A stretch of 64,000 bases of DNA from a virus (IMGVR_UViG_3300027659_000024), one strand, 5' to 3'. Shown: positions 9,834-21,147, counted from the stretch's first letter. Translations and numbers: made by a program. The notes: generated by a model from the sequence alone, not told the origin.

Positions 9834-10241
9834 ATGGGTTTTGACCTCACTAAAAATAACTTCGCTGAAAAAGCTGAATTGGGATATGAGTTTGAAGTAA
9901 TTATTCCAGAAGTGCAAGAGAAAACTGGAGCGTTTATTACTGTACGTGGTGCAGAATCACCTAAAGTAAAAAATTACGGTCGTCGTAAATTCAATGAGAT
10001 GCAATTTAAAGAGCATACTGCTAAAAAGAAAGGTAAAGACCTTGATCCAATTACTCTAGATGAAGCTGAAGACATGGCAATTGAAGCTGCTTTGGTTCGT
10101 ATCATCTCTTGGAAAGGTTTTGAAGAAGGCGGTAAAAAACTTGAGTTTACAGAAGAGAATGCTCGTAGAGTTCTGAGAGAACACGCATGGATTCGTGAAC
10201 AAGTATTGAGTGAAAGCAATCAACTTTCAAATTTTATTTAA
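9834..10241 (+). CDS. tail assembly chaperone (G-like)
   Basis: SD AAGGAGAA before ATG 9834. Lies directly upstream of the tape measure. Slippery site near its 3' end. Confidence 0.6.
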   Translation: MGFDLTKNNFAEKAELGYEFEVIIPEVQEKTGAFITVRGAESPKVKNYGRRKFNEMQFKEHTAKKKGKDLDPITLDEAEDMAIEAALVRIISWKGFEEGGKKLEFTEENARRVLREHAWIREQVLSESNQLSNFI

Positions 10242-10624
10242 GCGAGATTGAAGAAGCTTTAGAGTACTGCCGAAAAGAGTTTGAGTTAAGTAAAAAACAA
10301 AAAGATGGAAGTACTCTTAGAGAAACCCTAGAATCTGTTCAAAGAATGTCAAACAAATACATTCCTGAACTAGATACGGGTTCAATACCAGAGCCACTAA
10401 GTCATGTGTGGTATTGGTTTCTTCAGTTAAACTCGCAAAGAACATCAAACGGGTTTGGTATAAACCCCATAACTAATCAAGACATGTGGTTCTTTTTTCA
10501 ATTGGAAAACATAGAGCCTGAACCTTGGGAAGTAAATCTAATTAGAAGATTTGACAGAGTTGCTTTAGAAGTTAATTCTAAACAACAGACACAAGAAAAT
10601 AATCAAAACAAAAGTAAAAAATAA
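9834..10624 (+). CDS. tail assembly chaperone -1 frameshift fusion product (G-T-like)
   Basis: Heptamer A_AAU_UUU at 10229-10235 in the zero frame. The -1 frame is open from 10214 through ORF 10346..10624, ending just before the tape measure. Confidence 0.45.
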
Positions 10625-10636
10625 AGAGGTCGTCTT

Positions 10637-13600
10637 ATGTCGCTAGACACAGGTGTTAATATTCGAATTGATGTAACTGGAGAGAAGCTTTTAAAACAAG
10701 CTTTCGATTCTGTACGCCTTGCTGCTAAAGGACTTGAGGCGCAAGGATTAAATCTTTCCCAAACTTTGAAAAAACTCGAAGGTGAAGAAAGAGAAACAAT
10801 TAATACTTTTAGAAAATCTAGTGAGACTTTAAAATCTGTTCAAAAAGAAACAGTTCTATTATCGAGGCAGCAAGAATTACTTGCCAAGTTTACGGGATTG
10901 TCTAAAAATGAAGCAAGAATGCTTGCTGCTGCTCAAGATGAACTATCCAGAAAAGCAAAAGAACTAAATGCAAGTGGTGCAGCTAGAATTTCTTTTATCG
11001 ATTCTCAAAATAAAAAGATCGTAGAACAGATTCGCCTAAATAATCAATTGAGAGCCTCGATTGATTCTCTTGGTCCGGCAAACCAGAAAGCTGCTTTGGA
11101 GATAAACAAAGTTCAAAAAGAACTTTCAAACCTACAAAGACAGACAGACTTGATGAACAAAGGTCTGTCTAGTACCACTGCTCGTGGTGTTGTTCGTCTA
11201 CAAAGCAACGGAGCAACACAGGAACAAATTAATCAGTTTATTCAACTTAGAAAACAAATTGACGCACTGAGTCCTTCTGTAAACAGAGCAGGAGCCTCTT
11301 TTTCTTCATTTTCCGGAATACTAAGGCAGATCATCCCTGTAGTCGGTGCTGTAGGTTTAGGTTCTGTTCTGACTCAAGCCGCTATTGCTACAATTCGCGT
11401 AGCAGACTCAATGAGTTTGTTGAAAAGTAGAATGAAGCTAACGATGGATGAAACACAAGATTTTGATAAAGTATACAAAACCCTTATTGACACTTCCATT
11501 GAAAACAGAGCTTCGTTGTCAGATACAGTAACTTTGTTTAACAGATTAACTCCTGCCCTTCGTGCAGCAGGATTGAATACTTCTCAAACTACTACTGTAA
11601 TTGATTCATTTCAAAAAACGCTTTTAATTTCAGGAGCTACAGTTCGAGAAACTTCTTCAGCTATTTTGCAGTTTTCACAAGCAATGGCTGCCGGTCGATT
11701 GAATGGTGACGAATTCCGATCAATCTCTGAAGCCGCTCCAGAATTCTTGAGAGCATTCTCTAGAGCAACAAATGTTGCTGCTGGTTCTCTAAAAGAGCTT
11801 GCTGCTGATGGTAAATTGACCACTGAGATCATTACCGCAGCAATGATTATAATGAACTCTCAACTTGAAAAAACAGCTAAAGGTATTGATCTTACTTTTG
11901 GTCAGTCTATCCAAATTCTTGGAACTAGATTATCTGAGTTGGTAGATAGAACTAATGAAGCAACTGGGTTTACTAAATCTTTAGCGGATGCTACTTTTCA
12001 AGTTTCTGAAATCGTAAAATCTTTTACTGATGTTATTTCCAATAATAAAGAGATTGTATCATCCCTTCTTGGTGCTATGGGCACATTGGTTAGTGTTCTG
12101 GGAGCCAGTGCTGTAGCTTATGCTGTGCTTAAAACGGCTGTTGTTACAGGGACAACCTTAATGGCAACATACCGAGGCATTGTTCTCTTGAGTGCAATTG
12201 CTTTGAATGGTCACGCTGCTGCTGCTAACACCGCTGCCGCTGCCACCGCTAGATTTGGATTGGCAATAAAAGGTGTTCTTGCTTCAACAGGTATCGGTGC
12301 TATTGCTGTTATTTTAGGAACGGCTGCTGTTGCGTTGTCTGACTATATTTTTGCAAAAGACGAAGCTACAGAAAAGACAGACCAGTTGACTGAAGCAACT
12401 AAACAAGAATCAGAAGAAATTCAAAAAGCTGAGTTACTTCTCAAGAATTTCGGCATCACCTATGGGTCTGCTGCGGGTGCTGCTGGGGTTTACACAAAGA
12501 AAACAAAAGAATTAACTGACGCTTATGTAAAACAAAAAGTTGGAGCAGAAGGTCTTTATTTAATAGAAAAAAATCTGTTAGAACTAGAGAGAGGTAAGCT
12601 TATAATTAAAGCTGCTCAACTGGTTCAGACAGAAAAAGATATTAAAAAAAGAAATGAAGCAATTGAAGGGGTAGGTATAGAGATTAAAGCTATAAATGAC
12701 CTACTCGGGATAATGGAGCTAACCGAAGAACAAAGAAAAGCTGTTGAATCAGCTAAGAAAAATTCTAAAGCAGACAAAGAAGAGGAAAAAGTTCTAAGTA
12801 GATTGTCTAAACAAATTGGTCAACTTCTTTCAAAATATCAAGATTATACTTCACAATTATCTGATGTTGAAAAAGCTGAAGCAGACTTAACCTCTGCTTT
12901 TCAAAAAAATCTTATAACAGCTAAAGAATACAGTTCCGAACTTCAAAGATTAAATACGGCAAAAAATTATAAAGAAACTATTGATCTGGTTGAAGCGTAT
13001 AATGAACTTGCTAAGTCTCAAAATAAAGTTTTTGAAGAAAGTAAAAATCAAACAAAAGCTTATGAAGATCAGGTTTTTGAGATTGAAAAACAAATCCTCG
13101 CAGTAGGAAAAAATAAAGAAGAACTTTTGTTATTAGAGCAAGCAAAGATTAACGACAGTATTGCTACAATTAGAAGTAATTTAGCAAATCTCGAAGGTCT
13201 TGCTGGTATGGAGCAACAAAGAGAAGAATACAGAAAACAAATTTCTGAGTTAGAAAAGCTAAAAGATGCAAAAAATCGTTTAGCACAAGCCGAAGAAAAT
13301 GCCGAATTAAAAAAAGAATTTCAAAAGATATTCGATGATGTAGGTAAAATCTTTGGTGAAGCAATCTTCAAAGGTGGAAACGACGCGGTTAAAAATCTAG
13401 GCAAGAGCATTAAAGATTATTTTAGAACTTTAACTGTAAGGCTGATTCTTGAACCTGCGTTGCAGACTTTAGGTAAACAAGCTCAAGGATTTTTTAATGG
13501 TTCTTCACTTAATACTTCAGCAATCGGTTCTTCTTTGCAAACACTTTCTGCTGGTGCTGTTGGTGGAAGCACAGGTGCCGCACTTAGTTCTATTCTCAAG

Positions 13601-15739
13601 AATGCAAATACCATTACTTCAAACTTGATTAGTATCACTGGTGCGTCTGGTCAAACAGCGGCGAGTATGCTACAATTAGGTAATAGTCTTAGTAGCATTG
13701 CTCCGTATGCTGGATCAATTGCAAACCTAATTCAAGGAGATGTTAAGAGCGCAGCAGGTTCTGCTTTAGGTACTTATATTGGTGGAGCTATTGCTGGACC
13801 AATCGGTGCAGCCATCGGAAGTTTCTTAGGTAGTAAGTTAGGTGGAGGCGGTAAAATCTCCGCAAGCAATCTTTCACCTTCTCAAGTCGAACCAATAAAA
13901 GAAACTCTTCTTCAGACTTATGAAAGTTTAATCAGTAGTCTTGGTGGTACTTCACTCAATCCTTTGATTGGAATAGGTGGAAATACGGGGCGTCAAGGTC
14001 AAAATCCAAACTTCAGTTTTGGTGCAACAGTCAACGGTAGATTAGCTTACAGTACATCTCAACAGTTCGGTGGTGACGGATTGTTCCTTCGCGGGGAAAT
14101 TCAAATGACCGAAGCAAAGATTACAGAGCAGATTACTCGTGCTTCTGTAGCTTTGTTGAAGTTATCAGATTTTGCAGATAACATAGATGCTGTTTTTGTC
14201 GGTGTAAATCCTTTAACTGATTCGATAGAGAAATTAAACGCTGCTGTAGCTGACGCTCAATTGCTGAACTCTGTTAATGTAGAGTTTAAAAAACTTGGTG
14301 GTGTATTGAGCACTCTAGTTGGTGCTAGTTTAGAGACAGTAAAAAGTTTCATTGCGCTAGGTGGTGGAATTGAAAATCTATCAAGATTACAATCTGACTA
14401 CATATCTGTTATTTACTCTCAAGAAGAACAGTTAGATTTGCAACGAGAAAATCTGAATGAAAGCTTTAAATCTTTGGGTGTAACCATACCTAAAACCACA
14501 GATGAATTCAGAAGTTTAGTAGAAGCTCAGAATCTGAGTACAGCAGAAGGTCAGGTTGCGTATATTGGTCTTTTGCAATTAGCCGGGGCTTTTAGAGAAA
14601 TAACTGAAGCTGAAAAAGACCTGATTGCAGAACAAGAAAAAGCAGTGCTGGAACAAAAACAACTTGCCGAAGAATCTGCAAAAGCAGTCAAGGATCAGTT
14701 AGAGTCTTTAAGAGATAATCTTTCAGATGTGTTTTCTGGTATATTAGCTGAATCTGAAGCTGTAAATGCAGCAAGAGATCAGGTGTTGGGTATTAATTCT
14801 TCTACTGGTTCTTTTGCAAGTATCTCTCAAAGAATTCAAGGTTTGTTCAGTACTTTTAATCCAAGTACTGATTTGTCTTCTGAGATATTAAGATTTAGTG
14901 AAGCAAGCACAAATGCTGTAGGTTCTTTGTCTGATTTAAGAGAAGAAACTGTAAGATATTTTGAGCAACAAAAAGCTCTGTCTGAACTGATGAAGAGTTC
15001 TGCAAGTAACATCAGAAGTACAATCTCTGGTATAGTACTTACTGAACAATCTCCTTTGCAGCAATTACAAACATTACAAAGTCAATTTACTTCATTGACT
15101 GAAAGTGCAAGATTGGCAACTGGTTCTGATTTAGCATCTATAGGTTCGGAAGTAAACAACCTTATTGGGCCTCTTCTTGAAAAAGCTGCTCAAATATATG
15201 CCTCCGGCCCTGAGTTTCAGAGAATTAAAGAGTTGGTGCTGGGACAAGCTAACGCTGTAGCAGATCAACTAGACGCTTTAGCTCCAGAGAACTACCAACA
15301 AGAGTCTTTGACTTTGTTAGATCAAATTGATCAGTCTTTGATTGCTTTAAAACTACAATCCGAAAATGCAGATGCTTTAATTGTACAAGCACTGGGTGTT
15401 AGTTCAAGCACTGCTGTTTCAGCACTAAACCAGTTGGGTATTTTGTTGACAGGATCACCTGTTGCTTCTGTAACACAAAATGCTGGAGCATCTTTACCTA
15501 CAGTAGGTATTGTAAATACCGCTGATGTTAATGCTACTCAAACTGGTTCAGTTAATTCAGGTAGTTTTGCTGAAGTTGTAAATGAACTTAGAGCAATTAA
15601 AACAGCGATTGATGAATCTGATATTAATATTAAAGTTGTTACTTCAGATGGAAAAACAATCATAGATGAAACTTTAACTCAGATTAAAGCTAGAAGTAAA
15701 AAAGGTGAATTAGTAATATATGCAGACGGAGTAAAATAA
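10637..15739 (+). CDS. tail tape measure protein
   Basis: 1700 aa with long coiled-coil stretches, Gly/Ala-rich hydrophobic segments and a canonical position. Confidence 0.85.
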   Translation: MSLDTGVNIRIDVTGEKLLKQAFDSVRLAAKGLEAQGLNLSQTLKKLEGEERETINTFRKSSETLKSVQKETVLLSRQQELLAKFTGLSKNEARMLAAAQDELSRKAKELNASGAARISFIDSQNKKIVEQIRLNNQLRASIDSLGPANQKAALEINKVQKELSNLQRQTDLMNKGLSSTTARGVVRLQSNGATQEQINQFIQLRKQIDALSPSVNRAGASFSSFSGILRQIIPVVGAVGLGSVLTQAAIATIRVADSMSLLKSRMKLTMDETQDFDKVYKTLIDTSIENRASLSDTVTLFNRLTPALRAAGLNTSQTTTVIDSFQKTLLISGATVRETSSAILQFSQAMAAGRLNGDEFRSISEAAPEFLRAFSRATNVAAGSLKELAADGKLTTEIITAAMIIMNSQLEKTAKGIDLTFGQSIQILGTRLSELVDRTNEATGFTKSLADATFQVSEIVKSFTDVISNNKEIVSSLLGAMGTLVSVLGASAVAYAVLKTAVVTGTTLMATYRGIVLLSAIALNGHAAAANTAAAATARFGLAIKGVLASTGIGAIAVILGTAAVALSDYIFAKDEATEKTDQLTEATKQESEEIQKAELLLKNFGITYGSAAGAAGVYTKKTKELTDAYVKQKVGAEGLYLIEKNLLELERGKLIIKAAQLVQTEKDIKKRNEAIEGVGIEIKAINDLLGIMELTEEQRKAVESAKKNSKADKEEEKVLSRLSKQIGQLLSKYQDYTSQLSDVEKAEADLTSAFQKNLITAKEYSSELQRLNTAKNYKETIDLVEAYNELAKSQNKVFEESKNQTKAYEDQVFEIEKQILAVGKNKEELLLLEQAKINDSIATIRSNLANLEGLAGMEQQREEYRKQISELEKLKDAKNRLAQAEENAELKKEFQKIFDDVGKIFGEAIFKGGNDAVKNLGKSIKDYFRTLTVRLILEPALQTLGKQAQGFFNGSSLNTSAIGSSLQTLSAGAVGGSTGAALSSILKNANTITSNLISITGASGQTAASMLQLGNSLSSIAPYAGSIANLIQGDVKSAAGSALGTYIGGAIAGPIGAAIGSFLGSKLGGGGKISASNLSPSQVEPIKETLLQTYESLISSLGGTSLNPLIGIGGNTGRQGQNPNFSFGATVNGRLAYSTSQQFGGDGLFLRGEIQMTEAKITEQITRASVALLKLSDFADNIDAVFVGVNPLTDSIEKLNAAVADAQLLNSVNVEFKKLGGVLSTLVGASLETVKSFIALGGGIENLSRLQSDYISVIYSQEEQLDLQRENLNESFKSLGVTIPKTTDEFRSLVEAQNLSTAEGQVAYIGLLQLAGAFREITEAEKDLIAEQEKAVLEQKQLAEESAKAVKDQLESLRDNLSDVFSGILAESEAVNAARDQVLGINSSTGSFASISQRIQGLFSTFNPSTDLSSEILRFSEASTNAVGSLSDLREETVRYFEQQKALSELMKSSASNIRSTISGIVLTEQSPLQQLQTLQSQFTSLTESARLATGSDLASIGSEVNNLIGPLLEKAAQIYASGPEFQRIKELVLGQANAVADQLDALAPENYQQESLTLLDQIDQSLIALKLQSENADALIVQALGVSSSTAVSALNQLGILLTGSPVASVTQNAGASLPTVGIVNTADVNATQTGSVNSGSFAEVVNELRAIKTAIDESDINIKVVTSDGKTIIDETLTQIKARSKKGELVIYADGVK

Positions 15740-15741
15740 AC

Positions 15742-17160
15742 ATGAGTATTGCAGAGTATTTTCAAGAACCAAATGCTGAAAGAGTTCTTTTGGTAGAAAT
15801 CGAGAGAAATGTATCTCCTGCAAAGACGTACTATCTTTCAGATGGTTTTTATGTAACAGAGCCATCTGATACTCCTTCTAACGTAGGTTACTCACCTGTC
15901 ATTGGTGGAAGTGGTTTACCAGAGTTTAGAAGAACTCTTAATGACCCTTTCACTGGTAATGCAAGTACTTCGTTTGGTAACCTTGAGTTGTCTGATACAG
16001 ATGTAGCTTTCACTCAAGGAGCTACCAAAAGTTATGAAGAAATTTTTACTCCAAAAGGTGCCAAGGTTAGAATGTTTCTGGCTGCACCCAGAGAAGTGTT
16101 CCCAAGAGAGGATGCTGTATCTTTAGCTGTAGGGACCGTCCAGTCGTTTTCTGGTAGTACCGATGGTAGATACACTATAGAGATCTCGGACAACCGTGAG
16201 ATTGTAGCAGGGTCTGTATTAAGCGTAACTGACTATCCTTTAACTTACGGTCTAGTTCGAAACATGACTGCTGTATTGGCTGATCCGGCGATTAGAAAGT
16301 ACTTTGTGAATCAGGGTGCTATCGAAAGCATTGATGCTGTATATGATGACGGTGTACTACTCTCCCCTTTGCAATATACAGTAGACCTATCAAACGGTTC
16401 TTTTATTTTGTCTAATAATCCAAACGGTAGTATTACAGCAGACGTAAAAGGGATGAAGGTTGGTGGTGTATGGTTGAGTACAACTCAGCAGATAATTACA
16501 GATATCTTAAGTAAAGCTGGTGTCACTGGTTTTACTACAGAATTTTCTTTAGCGTCAGGTACTATAGGGTATTTGGTAAAAGAATCAGTTCAGTTGCAGA
16601 CGGTGCTTAACGACCTTTGTCAAGGTTGTGGTGCTTATTGGTTAATTGACAGAACTGGTATTTTAAATTTTAAAACATATCCTGTTGTTTCAGGGTTAGG
16701 TCAGGTCTTTACAGAGGTAGATTTACTTTCTGAAGCGGAGTACGTTACAGAAGAAAATCTTTTTAGTACAGTGAACTTTACTTATAAAAACAACTGGACA
16801 ATTCAACAACCGAGAGTCGGTGCTAGTACAGTTCATTCAGTTTTTGTTCAGAAACCTTCTGAGGAATCTGAAGTTTCTTTACTTAGTGTAGATTCAGAAC
16901 TACAATATACGAGTAGTCCTGTTGTCAGAACGTATTTTGATTCACTAAGTGATGCTGAATCGGTAGGTACTGCAATTTTAAATTTATTTTCAACACCAAG
17001 AAAATATTACTCTTTTACTGTACCTTACATTAATACATTAGATCTCGGGTCTACTTGTACAATCATGGTAGATGCTCTAGAAGCTACAGGGGTTGTGACT
17101 GAAGTTTCTGACGTTTTTGATGGTTCATACCCAACACAAAGGATTAAAATGATAGTATGA
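15742..17160 (+). CDS. distal tail protein (Dit-like, putative)
   Basis: Position immediately after the tape measure. 472 aa. Confidence 0.5.
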   Translation: MSIAEYFQEPNAERVLLVEIERNVSPAKTYYLSDGFYVTEPSDTPSNVGYSPVIGGSGLPEFRRTLNDPFTGNASTSFGNLELSDTDVAFTQGATKSYEEIFTPKGAKVRMFLAAPREVFPREDAVSLAVGTVQSFSGSTDGRYTIEISDNREIVAGSVLSVTDYPLTYGLVRNMTAVLADPAIRKYFVNQGAIESIDAVYDDGVLLSPLQYTVDLSNGSFILSNNPNGSITADVKGMKVGGVWLSTTQQIITDILSKAGVTGFTTEFSLASGTIGYLVKESVQLQTVLNDLCQGCGAYWLIDRTGILNFKTYPVVSGLGQVFTEVDLLSEAEYVTEENLFSTVNFTYKNNWTIQQPRVGASTVHSVFVQKPSEESEVSLLSVDSELQYTSSPVVRTYFDSLSDAESVGTAILNLFSTPRKYYSFTVPYINTLDLGSTCTIMVDALEATGVVTEVSDVFDGSYPTQRIKMIV

Positions 17161-18002
17161 GTAAAAGTACATTTTTATTTACAAATCAAATTGCGACAGC
17201 AGAGAACCTAACCGCAAGTTCAGAAGCTCTACCTGTCACGAATTTAGTTAACCCACAACGAACAAGAGTTTGGAGAAGTACAGCCAACACAGCTAGTATT
17301 TCTTTCAGCCTAACAGACATAGCTGGTGCAGACTACTTAGCTTTAGTTGACTTAAATTTGACGAGTACAGGTGTAATTAGAGTCCGAGCATGGGACGATG
17401 CTGTAGATGGTTCTATGTTAACTTTCGATCAGTACTACGACCCTGTTATTTTTGTATCAGGATCAGAAGCAGATATCAACTATAGCGGTGGTGACTACGG
17501 GTTGGGTGCTTTTGGTTTAGCTAATTCAATTGCCTCTAGTTCTAGAAAAAACGTAAACCTTTTTCCTTTTGGTCAAGTTGTATTGTCTCCTTTTTATAAG
17601 GTCGATTTAATCGATGAAAACTTAACTTACATTCAAGCAGGTATAATGTTTTTGTCTAAAGCTAGAACATATGATATTAACCTAGCTTATAATTGGAATA
17701 TTTCTCAAATAGATAGAAGTGTAAGTAAAGAGTCTATTGCAGGTCAAAAATACATACAACCTAGAGATACAAGATTACAGATTTCCGGCAGGTTTCCCGC
17801 TTTGAGTGAAACTGAAAGAACTGATACAATTGTAGATATAACAGAAATGGGTACAACTAAACCTTTCATTTATTCTGTCTTTCCAGAAAACAATAACATA
17901 GGTTTGACAACCACCGTGTATGGTAGTTTTTCAGATTCAAACTTAACAAATAATTTTACAAATAGAAATGAATTTAACTTTACAGTGGTAGAGGACTTAT
18001 AA
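17157..18002 (+). CDS. tail tip or baseplate protein (putative)
   Basis: Position. Overlapping start and stop. Confidence 0.45.
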   Translation: MSKSTFLFTNQIATAENLTASSEALPVTNLVNPQRTRVWRSTANTASISFSLTDIAGADYLALVDLNLTSTGVIRVRAWDDAVDGSMLTFDQYYDPVIFVSGSEADINYSGGDYGLGAFGLANSIASSSRKNVNLFPFGQVVLSPFYKVDLIDENLTYIQAGIMFLSKARTYDINLAYNWNISQIDRSVSKESIAGQKYIQPRDTRLQISGRFPALSETERTDTIVDITEMGTTKPFIYSVFPENNNIGLTTTVYGSFSDSNLTNNFTNRNEFNFTVVEDL

Positions 18003-20026
18003 TGGCAGATACAAATACTACTAATCTTAACTTGGTAAAACCCGAAGTCGGTGCAAGTAGAGGTACATGGGGTGGTAAACTTAACGCAAACTTAGATATA
18101 CTCGATGATGAAGTGTTTAAGAGAATTCTTCGAACAGGTGACTCTTTCACTGGACCAGTTGGTTTTCAAGACATATCTTATTCTGGATCTTTAACAGGCG
18201 GGACAGGTGTAATCAATTTTGGTTCTGGTCAGTTTGTTAAGACAGCAGGAGGTAATATATTAGTAGGAACCAGTGTTGACTCAGGTTATAAGTTTGATAT
18301 TTATGACGATAATGTATCACAAATATCTGCGAGTCGAAGTGGAGGACAACGAGTAGTACTCGGAACTGATAGCAGCTCACAATCGTATGTTGGTACTATT
18401 TCAAACGATTCTTTTAATTTTATAACTAACAGTGCAGTAAAAGCCACATTGACTGCTTCTGGCAATTTAGGATTGGGTTCATCTTCTCCTAATGAAAAAT
18501 TACAAGTATCTGGGGCAATAAGAGTAACCTCCAATGCTACTTCAGTCACTGCTTCGCCGGGAGCAGTCTTGGATTACTTCGGTAATAGTATGCGGTTTTT
18601 TGCAACAGATGGAGTTCTAGTTGGAGAGTTAAGTTTAACTACATCGGGTAATTTAGGTCTTGGTGTTACTCCCAGTGCTTGGCGTGCAGCAGACAAAGCT
18701 TTTCAACTTCGCACTACAGTTTTGGAAAACGTAAACAATGTTGCTGCATCGTATGGTTTTAATTATTACAGAGACAGCGCAGGAGTAGAAAGATATATCA
18801 GCAATGAGTTTGCCTCCCAAATTGTTCAAAATAACGGTAGTGTTGGTGAGATTGTCTTTAATTTAGCTTCGTCTGGAATAGCTAATGCACCAATAACCTT
18901 TACGAGAGCGTTAACTGTCACTCAAAATGGAAACTTGTTGCTGAGAACAACTACAACTTACGGTAGTGGTGCAGGAGGAATCAGACTCGGTGACGTTACA
19001 GATTTTACACAAGACACAAACTCCACCTATTTAAACTCAGGTGCGATGGGACCAAGTTCACCTTTTTATCTCAAAACAGGTAATGCTGCAACACAGTTGC
19101 ACATGGACAGTGCAGAGGGTACATTCAAATTTAAAACTGCACCATCTGGTACAGCAGGAACCACCGCAACTCTCACAGAGAGAGCTAGATTAACTCTCTC
19201 CGGAAGTTGGTTAGTTGGCACTTCTTCTGAGATTGCTAAACTTACAGTAGTAACTAATACAGTGAGTGGTAGAGCAGCATATTTAGCTAGTTCTACAGGA
19301 GAAGGTGTTCTACAAATTAATTCTAGCACCACTGCTGCTACGATAAGAACTTTAGCTGGAGCAGGGGGTCTATCTATTGGTTTTGATGGAAGTTTTGGAG
19401 ACAGTGAAAAATTTCGTTTGTCTGGAAGTGGATATATTAAAGCCAGCAATAATGGTAGTTATGTAGATGGAAACGGCACTAATAGAACAAACACCGATAA
19501 TCATTTGTTTATAAGTAATCTTGGTGATGCTGCTGTCTTGATTAGTAATAATAATACAGCTTCTGGTTCAGCAAGTAACTTAGGTTCTGTTTTACCATCA
19601 GGTGCATTAGGTGATCATATCGTAGCTATTACTCAAGGTTCAGGTACAGTATATAGAGTTAGTGCTTCAGGTAATTTATTTTTTAACTCTGGATTTGGTT
19701 CTGCGGGTATAGCTTATGGTTGTAGGGCTTGGGTAAATTTTAACGGTACTGGTACCATAGCTATCAGGGGAAGCGGAAATGTTTCCAGTATAACTGATAA
19801 TGGAGTAGGTAATTACACCGTAAACTTTATTACCGCAATGCCGGATATTAATTACGTAACTAATGTCACTGTTCAAGATCAAGCCTCTGCTGCGCATGGT
19901 TTTTTGGCGGGAGCAACAAATTCTGTAACTACCCCACAAACTGTTAGTAGCGTCAGAGTTGTGTCTATTAGGCAAACTGCTGGTAACTATGATGAACCTC
20001 ACATGAACGTATCAGTTTTTAGATAA
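18002..20026 (+). CDS. tail fibre or receptor-binding protein
   Basis: N-terminal TNLNLVKPEVG...W...LNANLDILD motif typical of phage fibre N-termini. Gly/Ser/Thr-rich repetitive body. Confidence 0.6.
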   Translation: MADTNTTNLNLVKPEVGASRGTWGGKLNANLDILDDEVFKRILRTGDSFTGPVGFQDISYSGSLTGGTGVINFGSGQFVKTAGGNILVGTSVDSGYKFDIYDDNVSQISASRSGGQRVVLGTDSSSQSYVGTISNDSFNFITNSAVKATLTASGNLGLGSSSPNEKLQVSGAIRVTSNATSVTASPGAVLDYFGNSMRFFATDGVLVGELSLTTSGNLGLGVTPSAWRAADKAFQLRTTVLENVNNVAASYGFNYYRDSAGVERYISNEFASQIVQNNGSVGEIVFNLASSGIANAPITFTRALTVTQNGNLLLRTTTTYGSGAGGIRLGDVTDFTQDTNSTYLNSGAMGPSSPFYLKTGNAATQLHMDSAEGTFKFKTAPSGTAGTTATLTERARLTLSGSWLVGTSSEIAKLTVVTNTVSGRAAYLASSTGEGVLQINSSTTAATIRTLAGAGGLSIGFDGSFGDSEKFRLSGSGYIKASNNGSYVDGNGTNRTNTDNHLFISNLGDAAVLISNNNTASGSASNLGSVLPSGALGDHIVAITQGSGTVYRVSASGNLFFNSGFGSAGIAYGCRAWVNFNGTGTIAIRGSGNVSSITDNGVGNYTVNFITAMPDINYVTNVTVQDQASAAHGFLAGATNSVTTPQTVSSVRVVSIRQTAGNYDEPHMNVSVFR

Positions 20027-20035
20027 AGGAATACT

Positions 20036-20536
20036 ATGTTAATAATTTACCCATCAGGGGACACAATCAGCGTAATCAGACCTACAGGTGAGATATCTGT
20101 ACAGGAAGTGGCTAAAAAAGATGTACCAAAAGATGTTCCTTATTTGATTATACAAGAAAGTGATTTGCCAGAAGATAAGACTTTTAGATCAGCTTGGGAG
20201 GCTGATTTCACTGTATCAGATGGGTACGGTATTGGTCATACTGCATGGCAAATTGAAAAGTACGAAGAAGTTGTATTCTCAAATACACAAGAAATTACAA
20301 CTAAGAACACTTCTTTGCAGTATTTATTATCGGAGATTGAAGAGGTTGAGACTTACTTGGGATCTTTTGATTTAGAAAACCTTAATGATCTAGACAAAGA
20401 AACTGTAGAAATACAGAAAACTAGATTGGCTGCTTTGTCAATTGAAAAGTCAAGAGTTCAGTCTGAAATCGAAAATCTTACAAAGGAAGTACAACAAAGA
20501 CTTGACTTAACTAATCAACTTCAGGAGCAACAATGA
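20036..20536 (+). CDS. hypothetical protein (possible fibre assembly or chaperone)
   Basis: Follows the fibre gene. C-terminal coiled coil. Confidence 0.4.
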   Translation: MLIIYPSGDTISVIRPTGEISVQEVAKKDVPKDVPYLIIQESDLPEDKTFRSAWEADFTVSDGYGIGHTAWQIEKYEEVVFSNTQEITTKNTSLQYLLSEIEEVETYLGSFDLENLNDLDKETVEIQKTRLAALSIEKSRVQSEIENLTKEVQQRLDLTNQLQEQQ

Positions 20537-20775
20537 TCAGTATAAATATCCAAAAAGCAAAAGAAATTGCTCATGATATTAGAAGAAAAGTTAGAGAAGA
20601 AAAGTTCAAGGTTTATGATGAAATTATCATGAAACAAATACCCGGAAATGATCTTCAAGAAACAGAACTTGCCCGACAACAAGTAAGAGATTCTTTTGCT
20701 GAATATCAAACAGCTATTGATTTGTCAGAGACAGCACAAGATATTAAATTAGTACTGTCTGAAATAAATGAGTAA
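20533..20775 (+). CDS. hypothetical protein
   Basis: ORF with overlapping start. Confidence 0.45.
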   Translation: MISINIQKAKEIAHDIRRKVREEKFKVYDEIIMKQIPGNDLQETELARQQVRDSFAEYQTAIDLSETAQDIKLVLSEINE

Positions 20776-20781
20776 TAACTC

Positions 20782-20809
20782 TTGACTTTTTAAATAAAAG
20801 TGATATAAT
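20782..20809 (+). promoter_or_regulatory. sigma70-like promoter TTGACT-N16-TGaTATAAT
   Basis: Direct read. Confidence 0.55.
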
Positions 20810-20840
20810 TAGTTTTCAATGTAATAACAAAGGAGAAATC

Positions 20841-21104
20841 ATGCCACAAGCAAAAACTGAAACAAAAGCAAAATCTGTTGTTGAAAAACAACAACGCGAC
20901 CAAGAGCCAAGCATTATAATCGAAGGTAAAGAATATAAAGAATCTCAGTTGACTTCTGATCAAATTTATTGTATAAATCAAGTACAAGATCTTCAGAGTC
21001 AACTGATCCAGTTAGATTTCAAAGTTAAGCAACTTCAGGCAGCGGAAAGTGTATTCAGAGCTAGACTTGAAGTTTCACTTAAGTCTACTGAAAAAGACTC
21101 CTAA
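20841..21104 (+). CDS. hypothetical protein
   Basis: SD AAAGGAGAAA. Confidence 0.5.
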   Translation: MPQAKTETKAKSVVEKQQRDQEPSIIIEGKEYKESQLTSDQIYCINQVQDLQSQLIQLDFKVKQLQAAESVFRARLEVSLKSTEKDS

Positions 21105-21147
21105 TAAGTTTGATCTTTAATTTTTAAAACCGAAGGAGGGTTTGATT

